Below, piece by piece: positions 56,278-64,000 of a DNA stretch of 64,000 bases. How positions within the stretch are numbered: the first letter of the stretch is position 1; every line of letters starts with the position of its first letter. The stretch comes from Candidatus Thorarchaeota archaeon. Lineage in GTDB: Archaea > Asgardarchaeota > Thorarchaeia > Thorarchaeales > Thorarchaeaceae. The notes under the pieces were generated by a model. The model had not been told where the DNA came from. It saw only the letters and a list, made by a program, of their open reading frames with translations, and did no database searches. Made by a program: the position numbers and the translations under genes. The stretch is taken from positions 74 through 64,073 of the forward strand of contig JAEORO010000056.1 of NCBI GenBank assembly GCA_016840855.1. Direction: 5' to 3'.

Positions 56278-56817
56278 ATGCAATCTATGGAAACTGCAAC
56301 ATTAGGTTCGGGATGCTTCTGGTGTACAGAAGCTGTATTTCAACAACTGAAAGGTGTTTCATCCGTCGTATCTGGATACTCCGGTGGTCATGTCGATGAT
56401 CCATCATATGAACAGGTATCCACTGGTCGAACTGGGCATGCTGAAGTATGTCAGATTCAATTTGATCCCGATCAGATTTCGTATGAGGACCTGCTTGAAG
56501 TCTTTTTTGACACTCATGATCCAACTACCTTGAACCGTCAAGGCAATGATATTGGTACTCAATATAGGTCCGTAATCTTTTATCATTCAGAGAAGCAAAG
56601 GGAAACTGCTGATAGAGTGAAATTGGGACTAGACAAGAGTGGGACTTGGAAGACTCCCATTGTGACAGAGATTGCTCCGTTTAAGAAATTCTATCCAGCA
56701 GAAGACTACCATCAGAACTATTACCGAAACAATCCCAATCAAGGATACTGCCGCGTTGTAATTGCACCAAAATTGTCCAAGTTCCAGAAGGTCTTCAAGT
56801 TGAAACTCAAAAGTTAG
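56278..56817 (+). CDS. msrA: peptide-methionine (S)-S-oxide reductase
   Basis: [12 protein letters not shown] active-site motif, with GHAEV and YHQNYY. Confidence 0.9.
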   Translation: MQSMETATLGSGCFWCTEAVFQQLKGVSSVVSGYSGGHVDDPSYEQVSTGRTGHAEVCQIQFDPDQISYEDLLEVFFDTHDPTTLNRQGNDIGTQYRSVIFYHSEKQRETADRVKLGLDKSGTWKTPIVTEIAPFKKFYPAEDYHQNYYRNNPNQGYCRVVIAPKLSKFQKVFKLKLKS

Positions 56818-56920
56818 TTAAATGCATATTTGAAGATAATATTCCCACTAAAATAATACAAGAATCGTTGATAACATACAAACTCTCTTTAGTATTAGGA
56901 ACTAGTCAGGTTGAAAAACT

Positions 56921-57727
56921 ATGTCTGAAGGTGAGCCTTCTGAGGTATATGTTTTCTGCAATGTCTGCAAGGAGAACGTCCCTCTAGAGATAACAGAGGC
57001 TGATATCGAGAAGGCTAAGACTGGTCTCATCTCAGTCATCTCAGTTCATGGCTCACCTCAGCATGCAATACTTGTCTATCTAGATATGAACCTTAAAGCG
57101 AGAGGAGTTGAGTATCCCTCCCTAGTCCAAGTTGATGAAGGGGGATCATTGGAAAGTGAACAAGCTACAACCATCAAAGAGGATTTCACCGATTTGAACA
57201 CCATAATCAGCTCCTTTGGTGAAAAAAAGGAGTTAGCAATCAAAAGGTTTGCACACATATCCGCACAGCTCATCGCTGGAAATACACTTTATCTCATTCA
57301 TAATAACAAAAGCATAGGACGAGTTGTGAAAGATCAGATTGACTCCTTATTCATTGATGAAAAACCCTCATCCTTTGTCATCACTTTTGACGATATTGAC
57401 TATGTCACCGGCATGCGACCTACAATTTATGATCTTCAATATGGATCCTTCATCTCAGAGGGGATTGACATTGATACGTCTTATTTTGAGAAAATAATCA
57501 AGGATGCGCTTGATAATCCCAATGGATTTAGCATTTTGAAGAATGACTATCACAAACTGAAATATTCATACAGACGGCTTTGGGAATTACTAACTGCTGG
57601 TCAAAGAGTGTATTCTCCGAAGAAATTAGCATACCTTATTTCCATCGATTTATCACTCATTCCATTGCTTCTCAGAATTGCTGAAAATGATGGAATTGAT
57701 GTCTCTTCTCGTGTGAAAGAATCTTGA
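56921..57727 (+). CDS. hypothetical protein
   Basis: 268 aa with N-terminal VFCNVCKENVPLEI...ISVHGSPQHAILVYLD. No family recognised. Confidence 0.45.
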   Translation: MSEGEPSEVYVFCNVCKENVPLEITEADIEKAKTGLISVISVHGSPQHAILVYLDMNLKARGVEYPSLVQVDEGGSLESEQATTIKEDFTDLNTIISSFGEKKELAIKRFAHISAQLIAGNTLYLIHNNKSIGRVVKDQIDSLFIDEKPSSFVITFDDIDYVTGMRPTIYDLQYGSFISEGIDIDTSYFEKIIKDALDNPNGFSILKNDYHKLKYSYRRLWELLTAGQRVYSPKKLAYLISIDLSLIPLLLRIAENDGIDVSSRVKES

Positions 57728-57747
57728 TAACATACAATACTAGGGAA

Positions 57748-58218
57748 TCATTCTTTGTATAATCCGATTGTATAGAGGAAATAGCCAAGCAAATTTGTTT
57801 CCATCTCAGTTAGGTATGTATACACAATCCGCACAAGGATTGGGCCATCAGAGAGGACTTCAATGATATTTGTTGAGTGCTCTGCATTGAAATTGTACCT
57901 GGCGATTGTTGATCTAAATGAAGCCAACAGAACGTTATTTGTTGATATCCACACACCATTTTGGTACATGAACCGTATCTCGGCAGTTCTGTTACATATC
58001 ACCGTGACCCACGTGACTTTTGGACCCCCAAAACCAGCTTCTACGTGGTACTTACCATTGGATGTGTATTCTGAAGCATCAGCAACCTCAATCACTTGTC
58101 TGATAGGAACTGAACTAAATATAGTTGCGAGAATAATCCCAATCACGAGATAATGTCCTATCGAAAGATGTTTCATCTTAGCTTGTCTCCAGAAAGACAC
58201 GATTTCTTGTGTACTCAT
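57748..58218 (-). CDS. N-terminally anchored hypothetical protein
   Basis: One TM helix near the N-terminus, then a beta-rich ~110 aa domain. Confidence 0.4.
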   Translation of the reverse strand: MSTQEIVSFWRQAKMKHLSIGHYLVIGIILATIFSSVPIRQVIEVADASEYTSNGKYHVEAGFGGPKVTWVTVICNRTAEIRFMYQNGVWISTNNVLLASFRSTIARYNFNAEHSTNIIEVLSDGPILVRIVYTYLTEMETNLLGYFLYTIGLYKE

Positions 58219-58395
58219 TACGATTCATTGTTATATCAAATCTTTGGAGATTGCATATGATGGGTGCTAAGTAACACAATGGGTAGATATTGAAGTTGAT
58301 TTAGGTCACTCGATTTGCTCTGAAGATTATCGTAGGAAAGATAGATAGGGTAAGTGTAACCAAGTATTCCTAAATTTAGTTGGATGTGACAAATA

Positions 58396-59286
58396 GTGGA
58401 TGAGATACCATATAGTGGGGAAAAAACTGCAAGGGTCGGTGACATCGAGATTGCCTATGACACATTTGGGAACCCCTCAAATCAGCCCATGTTACTCATC
58501 ATGGGACTAGGTGAGCAGATGATTCGATGGGATGAAGCATTCTGTCAAGTGCTCGCTGCACAAGGTCGTTTTGTGATTCGCTTTGATAATCGCGACGTAG
58601 GTCTGTCAACGAAGTTTGACGAGGCTGGTGTTCCTGATGTCAGGGCACTTATGTTTGGAAAAACAGTTCATGTACCCTATACTTTGAAAGAAATGGCTGA
58701 TGATGCTATGGGTTTACTTGATTCACTCAATATTGAAACAGCTGATGTGGTGGGTGTATCAATGGGTGGCATGATTGCTCAGACCATAGCCATTCATTAT
58801 CCCAATCGGGTACGTACTCTCACATCTATTATGTCTTCAACAGGTAATCCTAATCTACCGCAACCAACTCCTGAGGGAATCTCAGTTCTTCTGGCACCGC
58901 CTGTATCTAATAAAAAAGACTACATCAATGATTATCTAAAAGCTGCGAAAGTGCTCCATGGACCCAGATATCCATTGGATGAAGAGTATATACGCAACTA
59001 TTCAGAACGTGCCTATGATAGATGCTATCATCCCGCAGGATTTGCACGTCAGCTAGGAGCCATTCTTACATCTGGGAGTCGAAATGAAGCATTGGGTAAT
59101 GTGAAGACATCAACTCTTGTAATTCATGGTGACACAGATCCATTAGTACCTGTTGAAGCAGGAAAGGATACCGCCAAAAGCATACCGGACGCAAAGCTCC
59201 TCATTATCGAAGGAATGGGACACAGCTTCCCGACTGAGGTGGTGCCACAGATAATCAAAGCAATTTTACAACACACTTCTCAGTAG
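58396..59286 (+). CDS. alpha/beta-fold hydrolase
   Basis: Nucleophile elbow GVSMGG, distal HGDTDP and GMGH. Apparent GTG start. Confidence 0.8.
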   Translation: MDEIPYSGEKTARVGDIEIAYDTFGNPSNQPMLLIMGLGEQMIRWDEAFCQVLAAQGRFVIRFDNRDVGLSTKFDEAGVPDVRALMFGKTVHVPYTLKEMADDAMGLLDSLNIETADVVGVSMGGMIAQTIAIHYPNRVRTLTSIMSSTGNPNLPQPTPEGISVLLAPPVSNKKDYINDYLKAAKVLHGPRYPLDEEYIRNYSERAYDRCYHPAGFARQLGAILTSGSRNEALGNVKTSTLVIHGDTDPLVPVEAGKDTAKSIPDAKLLIIEGMGHSFPTEVVPQIIKAILQHTSQ

Positions 59287-59351
59287 ACAGCTTGCGTTCT
59301 ACGCAGATGCAAATTATGATTACTAGCTTTGCCATACTCCGGCAGCAATAG

Positions 59352-60149
59352 GTGACTCTTGAGTTGATTACAAACTTGCCTGAAGAGCTCAGAGAATCTG
59401 GTGCAATCGAAGTAAGAAAGAAACTTGGTACAATCACCGGTGGCAATGTTCTTGATGTTGGAACAGACAATGGTGACTTCATCAAGGTTTTAATGAAGAC
59501 TCTGAAAGGATACAACTCATTCACTGGAATTGATGTTTCAGAGGATGACATTAAGAAAGCAAAAGAGCAGTTCCAAGACGCTCCTGTGAATTTTATTGTT
59601 ATGAACGCAGAATCAATGACATTCCAAGATAATCAATTTGATACTGTATGCATATCCTATTCAATTCATCATCTAGAAAATATTGATGCAGTTCTCTCTG
59701 AGATGTATCGCGTGTTGAAACCCGGTGGATATTTCATTATACAGGAAATGTATTCTGATGGAGAACAGACTAAAGCCCAGATTGTTGACATGGATATGCA
59801 TCATTTTAATGTGAAGATAGATACTCTCCTCGGTATTCCTCATTTTGCATCTTTAACTCGACAACAACTGAGAAATTTCATTACCAAGGTCGGTTTGAAC
59901 GATATTGAAGCCTATGAATCCTCCTGGTCAATCAAATGTTTGTTCTGTGATGATGCTAACAAGTGTCAATATCCAATGAGGACGGAAAATATCGAGTTTT
60001 TACTCAAACAGATTGATGATGACTTGGATAGAATACGTGAACATCCATCATATGGGGAATTAATAGAGGAAGCAAATTTGCTCAAAGAACGAGTGAAAAC
60101 TTACGGATCCTCAGGAGCTTCAGTGGTGTACTTCTTTGGCAAGAAATAG
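59352..60149 (+). CDS. class I SAM-dependent methyltransferase with a C-terminal extension
   Basis: VLDVGTDNG motif I and LKPGGYFII. Apparent GTG start. Confidence 0.7.
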   Translation: MTLELITNLPEELRESGAIEVRKKLGTITGGNVLDVGTDNGDFIKVLMKTLKGYNSFTGIDVSEDDIKKAKEQFQDAPVNFIVMNAESMTFQDNQFDTVCISYSIHHLENIDAVLSEMYRVLKPGGYFIIQEMYSDGEQTKAQIVDMDMHHFNVKIDTLLGIPHFASLTRQQLRNFITKVGLNDIEAYESSWSIKCLFCDDANKCQYPMRTENIEFLLKQIDDDLDRIREHPSYGELIEEANLLKERVKTYGSSGASVVYFFGKK

Positions 60150-60188
60150 AAAGATGAAAAGAAAGTAGACGAAATAATCTTCCTGATT

Positions 60189-60764
60189 TTAGACCTCTTG
60201 TCTATCCAATTCTTTTCCTATTTGAAATGCATCTCCAAGCTTTTCACCTAGCATCCAATATGTCGGTCGTTTCTCAGCTCCTGTGTATATGATGGGATTC
60301 ATCAGCTTCATGTCGGGCTTGTTATCAGTCATGTTCTCTTCGTCAATATAAGAAGTCGCAGCCTCGCCCAGCACTATGAAGTGATCCTGCAGTTCAATTA
60401 TCTCTGTCACTGTAAGTTCCATGTTGAAAATGCATTCCTTGATCATTGGAGCTTTTGTTTCACCATAGAATATACTAAACAATGTGGACTTGTCCACATC
60501 TCGTCCTGAGTTAGTTCCTATGTAGTCAGCCACGCGAACAAGTTCAGTTGGAGGAAAATTCATGCTGAAGACGTTATTTTCTCTGACACCTCTCATTGTG
60601 TAGTGTTTTCTATTGATTGAAGCCATCCAAGTAGGAGGGTTCCGATTCACTCGACTGACCCAAGTGCACAACATGAAGTTTGGTTTCTCATCAACTATAG
60701 TTCCGATGATAACACTTGGCATCTGGTAAGGTGAGTACTTTTGGTCAACCTTAATCTTTGTCAT
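60189..60764 (-). CDS. flavin reductase-like protein (paralog of 1928..2497)
   Basis: Collinear similarity to 1928..2497 over the full length. Confidence 0.65.
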   Translation of the reverse strand: MTKIKVDQKYSPYQMPSVIIGTIVDEKPNFMLCTWVSRVNRNPPTWMASINRKHYTMRGVRENNVFSMNFPPTELVRVADYIGTNSGRDVDKSTLFSIFYGETKAPMIKECIFNMELTVTEIIELQDHFIVLGEAATSYIDEENMTDNKPDMKLMNPIIYTGAEKRPTYWMLGEKLGDAFQIGKELDRQEV

Positions 60765-61218
60765 ATCAATTATCGTGCATCATTGCTAGATAGTAATATG
60801 TAATGAAGTAAGCAAGAATAGTAAGAAATCAATGCACAGCGGATTGATTGAAGTTTGTACTCATCAAAACAGTCAATGTAGATTCTCTAATGATTTTCGT
60901 GAACAACCAATTCTGGTCGACCCAGCAAGGTAGTACCCACTATCTAGGATCCCAAAGATATCACTTTCATAGAATCAATCAAAGATTATCTATCTTATCC
61001 TCAAGTTGTTAGTAACATCAATCCGCTTTTTCAAAATCTGGAAGAGATACTGATTGAAGCCAACTTACTATTCAAATCTGACATAATTAGAAGAAGTTCC
61101 AAACATCTTGATAAGAAACCTCAAAGCTCAGAAGAATAGAATGTTTGATACTCACTCCTTGGATTTCCTCGATTAGTGATTATTTATTCTTAGATCAATC
61201 ACTATTTCAAAAAATGAT

Positions 61219-61241
61219 GAAGAGGCAAACGAAGCCTCTTC
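61219..61241 (-). terminator. hairpin plus T-run downstream of ahcY
   Basis: On the minus strand, GAAGAGGC-ttcgttt-GCCTCTTC is followed by ATCATTTTTT. It lies 10 nt after the ahcY stop. Confidence 0.5.
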
Positions 61242-61251
61242 AAAACCTAAC

Positions 61252-62508
61252 CTATGTGCCTTCTGCATAGGCGCGAGCATAGCGCTCCTGTTCCTCAGTC
61301 CACTTGTCGATGGTGATGCCCATTGTTTCAAGCTTTGCGAGCGCTGTTTCTCTGTCAAGTTCTTTTGGGAATTCGTATACAGCTGGTGTGAGAGCCTTTC
61401 CATTCTTCGTCATCCAGATCATCGCATTTAGTTGACTACTGAAACTGAGATCCATGACTTCCGACGGATGCCCTTCAGCTGCCGCAAGGTTTGCCAGTCT
61501 ACCTTCTCCAAGCAAATAGAGGAATCGACCGTCTTTGGTCTCATATTCATCAAGAGCATTTCTCACCCTCTTCTTGCTCTTACTTAGAGCCATCAAGTCT
61601 GGTTCATTTACTTCGACGTTATAATGACCAAGATTGCCCATGATTGCCCCGCTCTTCATCATCTTCATATGCCTGCCACCAACAACATCCTTCATCCCTG
61701 TGGCAGTGAAGAAGACATCACCCAGTGGAGCAGCATCATCCATCTTCATGACTTGGTAGCCGTCCATTCTTGCTTGTAATGCCTTGACAGGGTTGACCTC
61801 GGTGACAATGACATCTGCGCCAAGTCCTCGTGCTCGAAGAGCCATTCCACGACCGCAATAACCGTAACCAGCAATGACAACAGTCTTCCCAGCAACTAGA
61901 ATAGCAGTGGCTCTTAGGAGAGCATCGAAAGCGCTCTGCCCGGTGCCATAGACATTATCAAATAGGTGCTTTGTGTCTGCGTCGTTGACTGCCATAATGG
62001 GATACTTTAGAGCTCCATCTTCAGCCATTGCTCTTATCCTGATGACCCCGGTCGTTGTTTCTTCCGAACCCCCGTAGAGGTTTGGTATCAGTTCTTTGTG
62101 TTTGTTGTGCAGAGTGAATATCAAATCCGCACCATCATCGAGTGTGAGGGTTGGCTTGATCTTCAAAGTCTGTTCAATACACCAATAGTATTCCTCAGTA
62201 CTCAGACCATGCCATGCAAAGACAGGCACGTCGTTAGCTGCAAGGGCTGCTGCTACCTGGTCATTTGTTGAGAGTGGATTACATCCTGACCAAGCAACCT
62301 CGGCACCAGCTGCTCTTAGAGTTTCTACGAGTACTGCTGTTTCCTTTGTCACATGTAGACAACCTGCAATCCTCATTCCCTTGAGGGGTTTTGTCTTGGA
62401 GTACTTCTCTCGCAAATGCATGAGAACTGGCATATGCTTCTCTGCATAATCGATGAGTTTCCTGCCTTCTTCAGCAAGACCAATATCTTTGACCTTATAA
62501 TTAGTCAT
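61252..62508 (-). CDS. ahcY: adenosylhomocysteinase
   Basis: YKVKDIGLAEEGRKLIDYAEKHMPVL at the N-terminus, NAD-binding GYGYCGRG and HPSEVMD. Start set at MTNYKV rather than at the longer ORF. Confidence 0.9.
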   Translation of the reverse strand: MTNYKVKDIGLAEEGRKLIDYAEKHMPVLMHLREKYSKTKPLKGMRIAGCLHVTKETAVLVETLRAAGAEVAWSGCNPLSTNDQVAAALAANDVPVFAWHGLSTEEYYWCIEQTLKIKPTLTLDDGADLIFTLHNKHKELIPNLYGGSEETTTGVIRIRAMAEDGALKYPIMAVNDADTKHLFDNVYGTGQSAFDALLRATAILVAGKTVVIAGYGYCGRGMALRARGLGADVIVTEVNPVKALQARMDGYQVMKMDDAAPLGDVFFTATGMKDVVGGRHMKMMKSGAIMGNLGHYNVEVNEPDLMALSKSKKRVRNALDEYETKDGRFLYLLGEGRLANLAAAEGHPSEVMDLSFSSQLNAMIWMTKNGKALTPAVYEFPKELDRETALAKLETMGITIDKWTEEQERYARAYAEGT

Positions 62509-62595
62509 TTGAATCACAAGCCTCCTTGAAACCACAATGTATATGAATGCTACATAGTAATTTTGAATAAAATGCGTAAAAAATGAGGGAAAAAT

Positions 62596-63534
62596 ATGCA
62601 ATTAACACTATCAGAAGCAGAACGGATGCTTCTAGAGGTTCTTGTACAGAATTCTCGATACACTCCCTCTGTCATCGGACAAGTACTCGGAAAGAGTCGA
62701 AACTGGGTTTCACGTACCATCAAAGGTCTTGTGAAAAACGGAGTGATACGAAGCTACACAACTATTGTTGACCCCTCGCAGGTTAAGGCGGCAAGAGATA
62801 CTATCCTCTTTATGAAAAGCAATCCCAGAGAACAAGATGTGAGTGAGCGAGTTTTACAACTGGACGAACTTGAGTCACTGGATGGTATAGCTGGCGAGTT
62901 TTCACTTGTTGGGTTCTTCAGGTTTGATAGTCCTGGTGCTTTTGAAGACCTGCTTGATAGAGTTGATAATGTAGTGGCTAAATCTGGAACAGGAAAATAC
63001 AATCTGGTTCAGATTCTCACCACGTACAAGAAAAACCGATTCAAAATTGGACCCAGAAGACCTACTGAGTCATACCTCTCTCCAAAGGAATTGGAACTTC
63101 TCAAAACCATGCATCGTCAAAAACCAACATCTGAAAAACCATTCCCTCTATCACAAGAAGCAATTGGCAAGCTGATGAAACCTCCTATGAGTCAACCTGC
63201 AGTTTCGAAAGCGATAGAAAAGCTTCTGATTAAAAGAGCAATAGTTGGATATTCTATTGATATTGACTTCAGTTATATCGGTCTCCCTGCGAAATTTTTT
63301 GTTCGCGTGAAGGTATCACCAGGTACTGCAAGTGAGACCGCGCAGGAACTCACAGGTATGGATGAGGTATGGGACCTCTACCGCACAAGTGAAGACTATT
63401 CACTATTTGCAACGGTTCGAACAGAAAGTATTGAATCATTCAATAGATTCCTTCGAAATCTCTACAAAAACGAGTGCGTTTTGGATACACAATCGTATGT
63501 TTCTCTGGAGGAATGGTTTATCCCTGTTCATTGA
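62596..63534 (+). CDS. fused tandem Lrp/AsnC-type transcription regulator (two HTH plus ligand-domain modules)
   Basis: Module 1 is ERMLLEVLVQNSRYTPSVIGQVLGKSRNWVSRTIKGLVKNGVIRSYTTIVDP. Module 2 is ELELLKTM...EAIGKLMKPPMSQPAVSKAIEKLLIKRAIVGYSIDIDF. Confidence 0.6.
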   Translation: MQLTLSEAERMLLEVLVQNSRYTPSVIGQVLGKSRNWVSRTIKGLVKNGVIRSYTTIVDPSQVKAARDTILFMKSNPREQDVSERVLQLDELESLDGIAGEFSLVGFFRFDSPGAFEDLLDRVDNVVAKSGTGKYNLVQILTTYKKNRFKIGPRRPTESYLSPKELELLKTMHRQKPTSEKPFPLSQEAIGKLMKPPMSQPAVSKAIEKLLIKRAIVGYSIDIDFSYIGLPAKFFVRVKVSPGTASETAQELTGMDEVWDLYRTSEDYSLFATVRTESIESFNRFLRNLYKNECVLDTQSYVSLEEWFIPVH

Positions 63535-63998
63535 GCTGATTCAGAAGAAGATTTTCCAAGCCAGTGGTTTCTCCAGAGATTTCTCTTTCGGTAATAAACA
63601 AGAATTGCAATCCATGCAACAACCATGATTACACTTGTAAAAGCATTAGCCAGCCTGAATGCAGTTCCATTGATGGGTCCGTATGGTGCAAAGAAAAGAA
63701 CAAGTGGTCCAACAACATCATAGGGATTTACCCAAGGCCATAAAATCGGATTGAACCAATGCATGGGATAGTCTAATAGGAGATGCGAGAGCACACCGAT
63801 GAGACAAGAGAGAACAAGCATATACGAGAGGCTACATGAGTCTTTCAGATCTTGCTTATTCACTTGGAATAGCGCAGATATGATTGGAGGGTAAAAAAAC
63901 CATGTGGCGAGAACAGCGAGCAGTGTGCCTGCTAGAACAGCTCCTACTAGACTATGGAGGAAGAGATGGTCTGGTAAATCACTGAAGAAAATCCACAT
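63528..63998 (-). CDS. membrane-embedded hydrolase-like protein (YdjM-like)
   Basis: Polytopic, with LSHLLLDYPMH. Similar in design to 54476..54994. The start is 2 nt from the window edge. Confidence 0.4.
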   Translation of the reverse strand: MWIFFSDLPDHLFLHSLVGAVLAGTLLAVLATWFFYPPIISALFQVNKQDLKDSCSLSYMLVLSCLIGVLSHLLLDYPMHWFNPILWPWVNPYDVVGPLVLFFAPYGPINGTAFRLANAFTSVIMVVAWIAILVYYRKRNLWRNHWLGKSSSESAQ

Positions 63999-64000
63999 GA

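Noticed and set aside
61173-61403. 76-aa ORF overlapping the 3' end of ahcY. Also small ORFs at 62583..62771, 58236..58445 and 40337..40540
   Set aside because: They overlap strongly supported genes or promoters and have no motifs or plausible translation signals.

Overview
An AT-rich chromosomal window, about 40% GC by eye, most likely from an uncultured archaeon. It opens with the 3' end of a 23S rRNA whose sarcin-ricin loop has the archaeal/eukaryal GAGGAAC form. No 5S rRNA or tRNA follows it. The rest is densely packed protein-coding DNA. Recognisable blocks: (i) a UbiA/UbiE/flavin-reductase/cyclase group; (ii) a complete reductive pyrimidine-degradation cluster (PreA-like dihydropyrimidine dehydrogenase, dihydropyrimidinase, beta-ureidopropionase, class III aminotransferase, malonate/methylmalonate-semialdehyde dehydrogenase); (iii) a minus-strand operon of four paralogous bacterial-type PH-domain (bPH_2/YdbS-YdbT-like) membrane proteins. 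This operon carries interleaved tiny transmembrane (TM) ORFs, sits behind a Tfx-like regulator and lies divergent from an ABC transporter; (iv) a ferredoxin plus acyl-CoA dehydrogenase pair, a nitroreductase, and PiT plus a PhoU-like protein; (v) a bacterial-type alanyl-tRNA synthetase interrupted by one in-frame TAG; (vi) a Zc3h12a-type NYN RNase, two tandem ArsB/NhaD-type permeases and a short GC-rich structured element; (vii) a four-subunit group 3b (sulfhydrogenase-type) [NiFe] hydrogenase operon; (viii) the most system-like locus, made of two paralogous about 83-aa peptides with NHLP/Nif11-like leader features, a B12-binding radical SAM enzyme, a divergent TPR protein, an RHH regulator and a membrane-anchored protein built from near-identical 21-aa (63-bp) tandem repeats. 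I read this locus as a candidate archaeal RiPP/peptide-modification system; (ix) housekeeping genes (MsrA, AhcY, NUDIX, methyltransferases). No CRISPR array, transposase or integrase was seen. All homology calls were made by eye from motifs in the supplied translations. No database search was run, and start codons and RNA ends are approximate.
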